From positions 1-54,750 of the IMG/VR virus record IMGVR_UViG_3300037467_001352: a stretch of 54,750 bases of DNA, one strand, 5' to 3'. A program made the translations under genes and the position numbers. The notes below the pieces were generated by a model. It worked only from the letters and a program-made list of their open reading frames with translations, made no database searches and was not told where the DNA came from. This document shows, in pieces, positions 8,664-17,192 of this stretch (positions are counted from its first letter, which is position 1; every line of letters starts with the position of its first letter). The DNA comes from a virus (taxonomy: Duplodnaviria > Caudoviricetes).

Positions 8664-9893
8664 TTATGCAGCCTTGCCCACGGCAAAACGGGCTAAAATG
8701 TCCTGCACATATTCGGCTTCGCGCTCGATCAGGATGCTATTGAAACCTTCCAGCGCCGCGGCAGCTCCGGTCGTGCCGGATCCGGCGAAGGGGTCAAGCA
8801 CCGTGCCACCTGGCGGCGTGATCAGCCGGCAAAGCCACTGCATGAGCGCGACAGGCTTGACGGTCGGGTGCTTGCTGCCGGCGCGGTCTGCTTTTGAGGC
8901 TTTGGCGGAGTAGAAGAAACGAGCAGCGCTGCCCGAGTCACCGCGAGGTTCAGGATTGGCGGTGACATTCTCGGCGAACTTGCCGTAAATCGCGCCCGAC
9001 TTGGCGCCACCGTTCTTTGCGCGCCCCTGTTGACCGCCAGCAGACGGAAACGCAGTCACGACTTCGTCAGAGCCATCATGGATCACGTTCGCCGGCCAGC
9101 GGCCAAGAGAATCCGCCGAACCGTCACGAATGCCGCTGTGACCGTTGGGACCGATTGTGCTGCCGCCGTACTGCCCAACGGGGGCAGGCGTTTTGTCCAT
9201 CGCCTCAATCCGACACCCATCGATATTCAGCGCGCCGGTTCCCCAACGCAGCACATTTGCGGCGATCGTGCCTTCGGACAGCGGCTTGCGCGCGAGCACG
9301 ATCGGCTCGAAGGCGGGTTTAAGGGCGGTGCCGAAACCTTGCCATTCGCCATCCATGTTGTGCGATTTGGGAAAGCCCGTGCCGTAAAGCCAAGCCAGTG
9401 TCCCACCGGGACGCGCGTGATCAATACAGCGCATGAGCGCGTCGCGCTGCACATCATTCAGCGAATCGAAAAACTGCCAAAACGGATCAGCAGGATTGAT
9501 CAGGTCTAGAAAGGAGTCACGGATTTCAAAGCCGGCGTCCTCGATCGCGCACGCCATGCGATGATATCCACGCGAGGCACCGAACGCGACCAGATGGCCT
9601 CCTGGCTTGAGCACGCGCAGCACTTCGGCCCAAAATGCAGGGTCCATCGCGCATTCGCCCGTGTCCCATGACTTGCCCATGAAGCCCGCCGACGCGCGCA
9701 TATAGGCGTCATTGCCCTTGGCCGGCGCAGCATTAGGCGAGCCGAACCTCTTGACGATCGACACCAAGGCATAAGGCGGATCGCACGGTACGGCATCGAT
9801 TGAATTATCGGGCAGAATGCGCAACGCCTCGCGCGCGTCCGCGTGGAAAAGACAGGACGTCGGGGAAAGCGTGTAGGTACGGTTCAAAACCAC
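8664..9893 (-). CDS. DNA N4/N6 methyltransferase (beta class)
   Basis: DPPY catalytic motif precedes HPTVKP and LDPFAGSGTT SAM-binding motif. Confidence 0.93.
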   Translation of the reverse strand: MVLNRTYTLSPTSCLFHADAREALRILPDNSIDAVPCDPPYALVSIVKRFGSPNAAPAKGNDAYMRASAGFMGKSWDTGECAMDPAFWAEVLRVLKPGGHLVAFGASRGYHRMACAIEDAGFEIRDSFLDLINPADPFWQFFDSLNDVQRDALMRCIDHARPGGTLAWLYGTGFPKSHNMDGEWQGFGTALKPAFEPIVLARKPLSEGTIAANVLRWGTGALNIDGCRIEAMDKTPAPVGQYGGSTIGPNGHSGIRDGSADSLGRWPANVIHDGSDEVVTAFPSAGGQQGRAKNGGAKSGAIYGKFAENVTANPEPRGDSGSAARFFYSAKASKADRAGSKHPTVKPVALMQWLCRLITPPGGTVLDPFAGSGTTGAAAALEGFNSILIEREAEYVQDILARFAVGKAA

Positions 9894-10321
9894 TGCACTC
9901 CGGATTGCGTCTTATAGTTCACCTTCACGCCAAACCTGCCGCCACTCGGCAACCAACCGGCATAGAGAATCCAACGTGCGCTTTCGTAGGAGACAAACGG
10001 GAATACGAACCGGCGTGTCCGCAGGCGCGCCCACTTCCATCCGTAGGTTCCCCACGCCTCAAATGCCGTGGTAGCAAGCACCGGCGCCGGACCTGTGACT
10101 ACGATCGGGCGATCCTCGAGGCCGACGACGTAACGAAAGAAATTGTACGCGGGATTACGAAGCCACCATGCGATTTCGCGCCACATCGCGTTACGACCCG
10201 GCAGATACCAATCTGGCGCGTCCGGTTCCTGGTCGTTGAAAAGCCACCAGATCGGATTGACCTTGCGCCACCAAGGTTGACGCTGTTCGCCGGGAAGACT
10301 GAGGGTTTCGATCGGGGTCAT
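9884..10321 (-). CDS. Trp-rich hypothetical phage protein
   Basis: WWLRNPAYNF motif; translationally coupled. Confidence 0.65.
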   Translation of the reverse strand: MTPIETLSLPGEQRQPWWRKVNPIWWLFNDQEPDAPDWYLPGRNAMWREIAWWLRNPAYNFFRYVVGLEDRPIVVTGPAPVLATTAFEAWGTYGWKWARLRTRRFVFPFVSYESARWILYAGWLPSGGRFGVKVNYKTQSGVQWF

Positions 10322-10563
10322 TTCTTCGCCCGTGCAGCCTTGCGCCGCTTCGCGGCCAGGCGCTTCCGACGACGTGCCTCGACGCCGAGTTCGTACATCG
10401 CATCAAGCGCGCGGGGAATGCGGAAGCATTCGGCGAGCCGAACCAACGTTTGCAATTCGTCGCGAATGTCCATGAGCGTGGCGAGTTGCGCTTGCTCGTA
10501 ATTGATCGAGCCGTCCGCATCAGCACAGCGCCAACGCTTGTTCTTCTGACGAGTGTCAGCCAT
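10318..10563 (-). CDS. Hypothetical protein
   Basis: LATLMDIRDELQ; basic C-terminus; overlapping neighbours. Confidence 0.6.
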   Translation of the reverse strand: MADTRQKNKRWRCADADGSINYEQAQLATLMDIRDELQTLVRLAECFRIPRALDAMYELGVEARRRKRLAAKRRKAARAKK

Positions 10564-10753
10564 GGTGCGACTCCAAATAGCGGACTGTCCAAACGACGCC
10601 GACGACGAGCGCCAGCACGCCTACTACGATGATTGTGAAAAGTGCCTGTCCCCAATAATCAGGGATCGCTTGCGCGCAGGATTGCGAAACGAATGACGCT
10701 TGCATTTCCGCCAAGCGATGGGCCAGTTCGCGAAATGTCTCGTCCTGCGTCAT
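10556..10753 (-). CDS. Small membrane protein
   Basis: C-terminal hydrophobic helix. Confidence 0.55.
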   Translation of the reverse strand: MTQDETFRELAHRLAEMQASFVSQSCAQAIPDYWGQALFTIIVVGVLALVVGVVWTVRYLESHHG

Positions 10754-10789
10754 GACGTCACCAACATTTGAGAAGTATTGGCGCGATTC

Positions 10790-11509
10790 CTATTTATATT
10801 TGCGTGAACTGTCAACGAAAATAGGCAGCAAAGCGTGACAAGCGTTCCAGTAAAGCGACGCCGCGGTGAATTCGGACCAGGTATCCAGATCGCACCCTTC
10901 GACATGAGGAGCGACCGTCGTCCAAGGGCGGGGAGGCGCAACAAGTCGCTGCGCCCGTTCCGTGCAGAGCATCCGAACGTCGTATTCCTTGACGATTTCC
11001 TGCACTTCCGGCGCCAGCGGCCACGAAAGGCCAGCGGCCTGATAGACAGCCGTGTCCAGAACCGCTTTGAGCGAAGTCACGGCCGCTTTCACCACATCGG
11101 CGTTGTGCAGATCGCCGGTCGTGTGGACCGCGTGCGCTTGGATCGCTTTCAGGACAGGCGTTGGAATGTCGCCAATGAACGCTTCATGAGCATCGTGCAG
11201 GAGGAATGCCGCCGCGGCGTCTTGGCGTCCGGTGTCACGCATGATCGCGCGGGCACCTTCGCAACAATGCTGCGCGACAGACAACACGCCCTTTGTCGTC
11301 TGACCAGCGAAGCGCGGCACGCGCGCCAGCGTAACGGCAATAGTACGGAAATTGATCGTCGCCGGGTCCGGATTGACCAGGTCCAGCGCGCGTCCTTCGA
11401 TCGTCTGTAACCATGGCGCGCCGGTGGGGAGGTCGGGAACGAGGGGTGGCGCGTCCATAACGGTCAGCGTGACCGTGCCCTGCACCGCCACGTCGCGAAT
11501 ATCGACCAT
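10790..11509 (-). CDS. HD-domain phosphohydrolase (YfdR-like 5'-deoxynucleotidase)
   Basis: RFAGQT..SVAQH...LLHDAHEAFIGDIPTP; GGAGG SD before ATG 11509. Confidence 0.85.
   Translation of the reverse strand: MVDIRDVAVQGTVTLTVMDAPPLVPDLPTGAPWLQTIEGRALDLVNPDPATINFRTIAVTLARVPRFAGQTTKGVLSVAQHCCEGARAIMRDTGRQDAAAAFLLHDAHEAFIGDIPTPVLKAIQAHAVHTTGDLHNADVVKAAVTSLKAVLDTAVYQAAGLSWPLAPEVQEIVKEYDVRMLCTERAQRLVAPPRPWTTVAPHVEGCDLDTWSEFTAASLYWNACHALLPIFVDSSRKYK
10804..10816 (-). promoter_or_regulatory. 13-bp motif/sigma70-like promoter
   Basis: GTTGACAGTTCAC in the last codons of the HD gene. Confidence 0.65.
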
Positions 11510-11520
11510 TTCCCGCCTCC

Positions 11521-11655
11521 CTAAAACGTGACCGCTACGGTGATCGTGGCTGCAGCAATCCAATAAATCGTTCGGCGCAAGTCGCCCGACGCTCCATAAA
11601 CCGCCGCCGCACCGATCGACAGCAGGATCATGAGAAAGGGCAGAGCGCGGGTCAT
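11521..11655 (-). CDS. 44-aa two-TM membrane protein (below ORF-track cutoff)
   Basis: MTRALPFLMILLSIGAAAVYGASGDLRRTIYWIAAATITVAVTF; ATGA overlap. Confidence 0.55.
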   Translation of the reverse strand: MTRALPFLMILLSIGAAAVYGASGDLRRTIYWIAAATITVAVTF

Positions 11656-11912
11656 AGCGTCAACTGCTCGTGAATGCTGATTTCGACCTTGCCGTGGACG
11701 ACTTCGGTTTCGAACGACTGACGGTCCTTGTCATAGACAAGACTTCCGCCGGCATCTGCGCGAAACCGCTCAATCATGCCGCACTGGTCGTCGGCGGTGA
11801 CGCAATGGAATTGCGATTCGCCGTTCAATTTGACGAACACGCGATATCCCTGTGCACGGAGGTCTGAGAATGCCCGGAACCCGGTGTCGCGGTGGTTGAC
11901 TGAAACTCTCAT
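11652..11912 (-). CDS. Hypothetical phage protein
   Basis: VKLNG...CVTADD..G.IERF...VHGKVEI; coupled. Confidence 0.65.
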   Translation of the reverse strand: MRVSVNHRDTGFRAFSDLRAQGYRVFVKLNGESQFHCVTADDQCGMIERFRADAGGSLVYDKDRQSFETEVVHGKVEISIHEQLTL

Positions 11913-12139
11913 GCGAACTCCCGACACCACGCGACGCCAATTACTGCACCGACGATAGCCGCGATATAGCCGAGGTTAATCGGACCCGCAGCCCAATCAG
12001 GCAAGCCGAACAAAGAAGCCGTGGCGATCGAAAGCCAAATCACGCCGCCAGCAGCAGCAAGAGCAGCGATGAAGAACCCCATCACAAAGCCAATGCCCGC
12101 AAGGACGTAACCAGCGCATCGAAGGTGCTTTTTGATCAC
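11909..12139 (-). CDS. Membrane protein
   Basis: Two to three hydrophobic segments. Confidence 0.6.
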   Translation of the reverse strand: MIKKHLRCAGYVLAGIGFVMGFFIAALAAAGGVIWLSIATASLFGLPDWAAGPINLGYIAAIVGAVIGVAWCREFA

Positions 12140-12408
12140 GCCGCCACCTTCACGTCACGGATGAAACCTTGACGTGTCGAACCGTAGGGATAGACACGGC
12201 TACGATTCACAACGGTCATATATTTGACGCGTGGATCACGCCGCCGACCGCCGAGATACGCAACCATGATACGTTCCGGCACGCGCACCATGCGGTTCGT
12301 GTCGGGCTTGTTGGCAGCAGAGCCTAACACCCGGAACGGAATTTCGTCGATTTTCTCGATCGCAGCCGAGGCGATGGCGGCCGAAATGACATGCAGCGGG
12401 TTGAACAT
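12136..12408 (-). CDS. Hypothetical protein
   Basis: ORF downstream of a motif promoter with AGGAG SD. Confidence 0.5.
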   Translation of the reverse strand: MFNPLHVISAAIASAAIEKIDEIPFRVLGSAANKPDTNRMVRVPERIMVAYLGGRRRDPRVKYMTVVNRSRVYPYGSTRQGFIRDVKVAA

Positions 12409-12450
12409 GACAGGGACGGCTCCTATTGGCCGCACCGTCGCATACTATCT

Positions 12451-12463
12451 GCGAACTGTCAAC
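12451..12463 (-). promoter_or_regulatory. 13-bp motif/sigma70-like promoter
   Basis: GTTGACAGTTCGC; N17-GACGGT. Confidence 0.6.
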
Positions 12464-12654
12464 GGAAATTATTCTTTCCGCATAAACTGAATTGCATCGT
12501 CCTCAAACGCTGGCAGATAGGATGCAATATCGCGGGATCCGCACTCGCTACACCGGAGACGCAACCGGCTTATAGGCGTCATATTGCCTTCGCGCGCATC
12601 GATGAATTCCGGTTTTGATCGCCTGGATCTGCTCCAGTGCAGCGCGCATGTCGG

Positions 12655-12903
12655 TCATGGGCGGGCTTCCTTCAACAGCGGCTTGGCACAGAATGGGCAA
12701 TTGTTCATGACAATGCCCTTCTTGCCGTGATCGCCGGATTTCAGGACCACGAGATCGCGCGTGAAGTCCCCGGTCTTCATGCTGACCATGTGATGGATGG
12801 CTACGCCTTGCCGACGCGATCCGCGTTCATATGGCGACTGCACAACGGCCGCTAATCCCTTGCACGGTTTGATGCCGGCCTTTGTCACCCTGCACGCCAT
12901 CAC
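12655..12903 (-). CDS. Hypothetical Zn-binding protein
   Basis: C..PC N-terminal and CPFC C-terminal. Confidence 0.6.
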   Translation of the reverse strand: MMACRVTKAGIKPCKGLAAVVQSPYERGSRRQGVAIHHMVSMKTGDFTRDLVVLKSGDHGKKGIVMNNCPFCAKPLLKEARP

Positions 12904-13829
12904 TTCCTCCCGATGCTGAATTGGCTGAGAAGGGCGCGGGCGAGCGCATCAGCGTCATCTTGCCAGAGCGCGATGATGCAGTTTTGCCTGATCGCATTGC
13001 CCAACTCCTCCTCACTCACAGGCGAGGACGTAAGACGGCGTAACTCGTCGATGAGATTGCCAATATCGCGACCATTGGCCATGTGAACGTAGCCGCGACT
13101 TTCCAATGCATCTCGAATGCCATTTAGAACATCGAGCGGTGTTTCCTCCGTCAACCCCGCGACCGGATGGGAGGAGTCGTCGTGCATGCAGCCCTTGCCG
13201 ATGCAGTCGCCGTTCGGGAGGGTGACGCAATTCTTGTCGGCGGTCTCAGCCGGGGCGCAATCCTGCCTCACGACAGGATCTGACTTGATGTGATCGAACA
13301 GACCGTTAAGGGCCGCCAGCGTCACGGCTTGATGCGCGACACTCTCGCTGCCGCCAGCCTCGACGATCTGACGATGCCAAGCGAGAGCGTGCGCCTTATG
13401 GGCGTCGATGGCTTCTGACGGGCCGTCACATCTCGACTGGAAGCCTTCATTGCATTCGTCGAGAACGTTTAGTGCCTCTTTGCATTGCTGCTCTACTTCG
13501 AACGCGAAGTTAGGTTGCGGATGATTGTCCGCGTCATAATCGATCTTTGCATGGCCACGGAGAACGTCTTTCGCCGCAGTGATCGCGCTGTATACACGCG
13601 CAAAATCTTTGGGTGGCAGAACGACGCCGCCGTCAGAACTCTGAATCTCTCGCACCGCAGTCAGAGAGCGGATGGCGGAAAGCAGCAGATCGCGTTCGGC
13701 CTGTGAGACGATAAGCCGAAAGGCGTCGATCGGCTTGCCGCTTACGGTCTGCTGAGGAAGCGGGCCAGCGATCCGGGTTTTCAGCCGGTCGCATTCCTCT
13801 ACCGTCGCTGGATCGAGGTGGGTCATCAC
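12900..13829 (-). CDS. Hypothetical mosaic protein
   Basis: 309-aa ORF coupled on both sides; no motif recognised. Confidence 0.6.
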   Translation of the reverse strand: MMTHLDPATVEECDRLKTRIAGPLPQQTVSGKPIDAFRLIVSQAERDLLLSAIRSLTAVREIQSSDGGVVLPPKDFARVYSAITAAKDVLRGHAKIDYDADNHPQPNFAFEVEQQCKEALNVLDECNEGFQSRCDGPSEAIDAHKAHALAWHRQIVEAGGSESVAHQAVTLAALNGLFDHIKSDPVVRQDCAPAETADKNCVTLPNGDCIGKGCMHDDSSHPVAGLTEETPLDVLNGIRDALESRGYVHMANGRDIGNLIDELRRLTSSPVSEEELGNAIRQNCIIALWQDDADALARALLSQFSIGRK

Positions 13830-13930
13830 TTCAACCTCTGTTCAATAAAAAGGACCAGGATCGCATCAGCAACACAGGCGACGGCGATCAGACCGTCCCA
13901 CGGACTAAATGCCTGCAATGCGTCAATCAT
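13826..13930 (-). CDS. 34-aa hydrophobic peptide (likely leaderless)
   Basis: MIDALQAFSPWDGLIAVACVADAILVLFIEQRLK; ATG 6 nt after predicted -10. Confidence 0.4.
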   Translation of the reverse strand: MIDALQAFSPWDGLIAVACVADAILVLFIEQRLK

Positions 13931-14172
13931 GCTGCACCTTGCATCAATATCTGTGAATCGTCAACGAAATTATGCAAACAAACGACGCATAGGGGTTCAC
14001 CATCCTCATTCCTGCCTTCCGCCACGCCGGCGCACCGCAGCGATGAGCACGCCTGGTCGCCGGATCCGTCACATGCCTCACAGGCGCCCGTGAACCGCGG
14101 GGAGGGGTCGTGAGCGCCGCGGACGCTGTACGAGCGGCCCGAGCCGGCGCAGTCGGGACAGGGGAGGGTCAT
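13927..14172 (-). CDS. DnaJ-type CxxCxGxG zinc-finger protein
   Basis: CPDCAGSG and CEACDGSG, plus further Cys pairs. Confidence 0.65.
   Translation of the reverse strand: MTLPCPDCAGSGRSYSVRGAHDPSPRFTGACEACDGSGDQACSSLRCAGVAEGRNEDGEPLCVVCLHNFVDDSQILMQGAA
13953..13965 (-). promoter_or_regulatory. 13-bp motif/sigma70-like promoter
   Basis: GTTGACGATTCAC; TTGACG-N17-CAAGGT. Confidence 0.6.
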
Positions 14173-14369
14173 TTGCGGGCCTCGACGCTGGCGATGGCGG
14201 CGCAGGCGCGTTCCGCCGCTTCTCGGGTGTGAAATGTCTCGCTCCCGACGCGCCACATATCGAAGTGGGTATATGGGCAAGAAGGGTCGCCACACTCGGG
14301 AAAGCATTCCGCTGGCTCGCAGATGGTCTCGACCGGCCCCGGCGTCGGCTTGCTGTGTTCATTTTCCAT
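14169..14369 (-). CDS. Small Cys/His-rich hypothetical protein
   Basis: First gene after the 14411 promoter; GGAG SD. Confidence 0.55.
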   Translation of the reverse strand: MENEHSKPTPGPVETICEPAECFPECGDPSCPYTHFDMWRVGSETFHTREAAERACAAIASVEARK

Positions 14370-14410
14370 GTCATTTCACTCCCTGTTTGCGTCTAACGTA
14401 ACGCCTTTCT

Positions 14411-14423
14411 GTAAACTGTCAAC
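14411..14423 (-). promoter_or_regulatory. 13-bp motif/sigma70-like promoter
   Basis: GTTGACAGTTTAC; N16-TACGTT. Confidence 0.65.
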
Positions 14424-14464
14424 ACATAATCTCACTGTTCGTTCCAAATAAAATCCCATTATGA

Positions 14465-14477
14465 GTTGACAGTTTTC
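14465..14477 (+). promoter_or_regulatory. 13-bp motif copy facing the AT-rich region
   Basis: GTTGACAGTTTTC, back to back with the 14411 copy. Confidence 0.55.
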
Positions 14478-14489
14478 CTGACGCCGACA

Positions 14490-14870
14490 CCGCGCGGTTA
14501 CGTTTCGATCGCCAATGGCGGTTTGCGCTGTATACGGATAAGTGGAGTAGGGTCGGTTTCAAAAGTTTTGGGAGTTACAAAATCTCTTTGATTCTATTGA
14601 ATAAACTTATGTAACTAGAGAAACCGAAGTATTATTAAGTGTCAGAAACAGCCTAAATTAACCATTTATTAACTATAGTAAGATGTGTAGAAGTCTATAC
14701 GGGTCTTAGAAGGCCGGTTACGCCAGTTACGCCAGTTACAAACGCCTTTTATATAGTAACCTCAGTAACTTAAAAATTCCGGCTAATATTCAACTTTGTA
14801 ACTTTGCTCTAAATCATTGACGAAATCATAGTGTCAACCTGTAATTACACCGATTTACTGTCAACTCGTA
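14490..14870. other. AT-rich non-coding region with GTTAC/GTAAC iteron-like repeats; putative replication origin
   Basis: Largest non-coding, AT-rich stretch; GTTAC at 14497, 14574, 14717, 14726, 14735 and GTAAC at 14611, 14756, 14765, 14798. Confidence 0.55.
14658..14673 (+). promoter_or_regulatory. Canonical CtrA-binding box
   Basis: TTAA-CCATTTA-TTAAC matches the TTAA-N7-TTAAC consensus. Confidence 0.7.
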
Positions 14871-14912
14871 ATGGTACTTGATCGCTACATCGCGCCCCGC
14901 CAAATTCCCGCC

Positions 14913-15275
14913 ATGCGAAACCATCTGCTCCTGCTCGCCATGCTTTGCCTAGCCGGTTGCGCGACCGAACAGCCGCTCATGACGTCGGTGCCGGTCGGGA
15001 CCGAGACAGTGCGAGGCGACTACCGCGCGCTCGCAGCGTGCACATTCCGGGCGATCGGCAGCGACGAGGTCCGAAAGGTCGACCTGGACAACGAGGTGCA
15101 GATTGCTGACGTGGTCGGCACCGGAATCACCCGCTGGAAGGCGGTGTTTCGCCCGGCCGCGTCGCGCGGTATGAGCACCGTGGAAGTGTTCGGCATGCAG
15201 GTGACGGGCCGCGTAGGCGGTCACGAACACATCATGCCTGCAGTGCGCGAGTGCGAGGCTAAGGGCGCTCGCTGA
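14913..15275 (+). CDS. Lipoprotein
   Basis: MRNHLLLLAMLCLAGC lipobox; opposite strand to neighbours. Confidence 0.75.
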   Translation: MRNHLLLLAMLCLAGCATEQPLMTSVPVGTETVRGDYRALAACTFRAIGSDEVRKVDLDNEVQIADVVGTGITRWKAVFRPAASRGMSTVEVFGMQVTGRVGGHEHIMPAVRECEAKGAR

Positions 15276-15450
15276 ATCGCTCTGCGGCGCGGGCGATCAA
15301 CTTACGCTCGACACACGCTTTCATTTCGGACGGCTGCTCGCGCTGACACTCACGCCGCGCAATGTCCCCGTACGTCTCCGGTTTGGGAGACGGGGCGAAT
15401 GCCAGGTAAGCCGCGACGGCGAACACAGCGATGATGAGAATGGCGCGCAT
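15259..15450 (-). CDS. Small membrane-anchored protein
   Basis: N-terminal TM/signal helix and a Cys pair; 1 nt after the S24 gene stop. Confidence 0.6.
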   Translation of the reverse strand: MRAILIIAVFAVAAYLAFAPSPKPETYGDIARRECQREQPSEMKACVERKLIARAAERFSERP

Positions 15451-15451
15451 T

Positions 15452-16093
15452 TTACTGACTTACGCAAACGATGCGTGCGATCCATAGTACATCGGGCATC
15501 GGTAGCGTGCGGTCGGCGTGTTCGCGGTTGAGCGAAACCAGTTCGAGCGTCTTGCTGGTCTTGCGCTTGAGTTCCTTGACCAGCACTTCGCCGTGCTTGG
15601 TCTTGACCACGACCCGGTCGCCTTTGCGCACATGTGCCTCCGGTGACACCAGGATAATGTCGCCCTTGCGATAAGCGGGTTTCATCGAGTCGCCGGAAAT
15701 CTCCAGTGCATAGGCGTGAGTGTCATTGATTGCCGGGAATGATATTTCATCCCATCCTTTGCCGACCGGAAAGCCTGCGTCGTCGAAATATCCACCGGTA
15801 CCGGCCTCCGCGAACCCGATTACCGGCACTGTCTGTGCCGCTCCGCGGTTGCTGTCGCCGATCAGTGACAGGAACATGCTGACGCTGATGCCGGTGGCGT
15901 CGAGCGACTTCGCGACCGATTCGGTCGACGGCCAGCGGGCGCGGCCTTCCGGCGTGACGCGTTTCGACTTGTTGAAGGTGGTGGGGTCGAGGCCCGCCCT
16001 TTTGGCGAGGCCAGATGGCGACAGACCGGCACGCGCGGCCAGGCGGTCGAGGGCGGTCCAGATTTGCGCGTGGGTTAGCATCGATGACGGCAT
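15452..16093 (-). CDS. HTH + S24 peptidase repressor resembling the conserved alphaproteobacterial chromosomal family (RogA-like)
   Basis: LTHAQIWTALDRLA...GLDPTTFNKSKR...RWPSTES; Ala-Gly site EAG, catalytic GDSM Ser and VKEL Lys. Confidence 0.88.
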   Translation of the reverse strand: MPSSMLTHAQIWTALDRLAARAGLSPSGLAKRAGLDPTTFNKSKRVTPEGRARWPSTESVAKSLDATGISVSMFLSLIGDSNRGAAQTVPVIGFAEAGTGGYFDDAGFPVGKGWDEISFPAINDTHAYALEISGDSMKPAYRKGDIILVSPEAHVRKGDRVVVKTKHGEVLVKELKRKTSKTLELVSLNREHADRTLPMPDVLWIARIVCVSQ

Positions 16094-16119
16094 GGCGCGG
16101 TCCCGGGCGAATCGATACC

Positions 16120-16136
16120 TAGGAATTATAGCCTTA
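16120..16136 (-). promoter_or_regulatory. TATAAT -10 inside an imperfect palindrome (TAGGAATTATAGCCTTA); putative autoregulatory operator
   Basis: Upstream of the S24 gene; near-identical sequence at 31242-31255. Confidence 0.55.
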
Positions 16137-16148
16137 TTCGACGAGAGT

Positions 16149-17192
16149 CTAGAGGCAACCCATCACGGCTTCGACGAATTCGCGCGTGGCTTCCGCGTCG
16201 ACCGCGTTGCCGTAGGCGCGCAGTCGTCCCACTCGCGAGGGAGCGCCATGAGCCAGCGGGAATGAGCCGGGTTCAACTGGCCGCCACTTTCCATCCCGGC
16301 AGAACAGCCAGTCAGCATCGCGCCAGAAACCGTTAGTCGGGCCGGGCCGCTCCAATTCGGGTCCGCCGTTATGCCCGAACCCTTGATGTTCGCCCCGCAC
16401 AGGAACGCCGTCTTGCGTCCGCTGTCCGTGTTGCCCGCCTCGTTGTAGCCCTTCTGTGCTGGCGTTCCCGCCATGGGAGTCGGCCTCGATGCAAGATGCG
16501 TCGCCACCGCTGTCAGCGTGTCGAACTTGCCCCGGCTCCAACGCGCTCCGCTCGACTCGCCGTCCTCCATCCGGGGCGTCGGGCAGCCCGCAATCAGAAC
16601 TTGGTCTTGCAAATTCAGGCAATGCCCCTCGCGCTGGCTCGGCTCCTGTCCACCGCGATCCCCGTTGCCCTTCGTGGGGCTGCGCCAGCTCGCGCGCGAC
16701 AAATCGGAGTCGTTGTCGGATATGCGGCGCACCGACGCTCGCACTGCAGGTATCGATCGCCCCGAAGGCGTAGTCCGCTCCTTCCATGTCAGTTTGAACA
16801 AGGTCGAGCCAAGCGAGGCCGTCCTTGCTCGCAACCTGCTCGCCAAGAACGACTGGAGGGCGGCACTGCTCGATAAGGTGGAACGCTGCGGGCCATAAGT
16901 GCCGCTCGTCATCAAACCCGCCGCCTTTGCCTGCCGCGGAGAAAGGCTGGCAGGGGCAAGAGAGTGTCCATGCGGGGCGGTTGTCGCGCCACCCGGCACG
17001 GCGCATCGAATATGACCAGACGCCGATGCCGGCGAAGAGGTGAACCTGTGTGTATCCGATGAGATCGGACGGACGTAAGTCCTCGATCGAGCATTCAGCC
17101 ACGTCACCGTCTGCGATAAGTCCCCGCGAAATAAGATTTCGGAGCCACGCCGCAGCGTAAGAATCGATTTCATTGTATAAGGCCCTGCTCAT
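16149..17192 (-). CDS. DNA cytosine-5 methyltransferase (main frame)
   Basis: FAGIG, PCQPFS, EQV and RQR motifs and C-terminal YGNAV; ATG 17192 overlaps the primase stop. Confidence 0.9.
   Translation of the reverse strand: MSRALYNEIDSYAAAWLRNLISRGLIADGDVAECSIEDLRPSDLIGYTQVHLFAGIGVWSYSMRRAGWRDNRPAWTLSCPCQPFSAAGKGGGFDDERHLWPAAFHLIEQCRPPVVLGEQVASKDGLAWLDLVQTDMEGADYAFGAIDTCSASVGAPHIRQRLRFVARELAQPHEGQRGSRWTGAEPARGALPEFARPSSDCGLPDAPDGGRRVERSALEPGQVRHADSGGDASCIEADSHGGNASTEGLQRGGQHGQRTQDGVPVRGEHQGFGHNGGPELERPGPTNGFWRDADWLFCRDGKWRPVEPGSFPLAHGAPSRVGRLRAYGNAVDAEATREFVEAVMGCL
16163..17173 (-). CDS. Overlapping alternative-frame C5-MTase subunit (TRD and motif IX); true start probably internal
   Basis: Repeated xPTP segments and [15 protein letters not shown] motif IX, absent from the main frame. 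Confidence 0.65.
   Translation of the reverse strand: MKSILTLRRGSEILFRGDLSQTVTWLNARSRTYVRPISSDTHRFTSSPASASGHIRCAVPGGATTAPHGHSLAPASLSPRQAKAAGLMTSGTYGPQRSTLSSSAALQSFLASRLRARTASLGSTLFKLTWKERTTPSGRSIPAVRASVRRISDNDSDLSRASWRSPTKGNGDRGGQEPSQREGHCLNLQDQVLIAGCPTPRMEDGESSGARWSRGKFDTLTAVATHLASRPTPMAGTPAQKGYNEAGNTDSGRKTAFLCGANIKGSGITADPNWSGPARLTVSGAMLTGCSAGMESGGQLNPAHSRWLMALPREWDDCAPTATRSTRKPRANSSKP

Noticed and set aside
8664-9893. Restriction-modification system
   Set aside because: No adjacent restriction endonuclease recognised for either MTase; orphan phage methyltransferases are common
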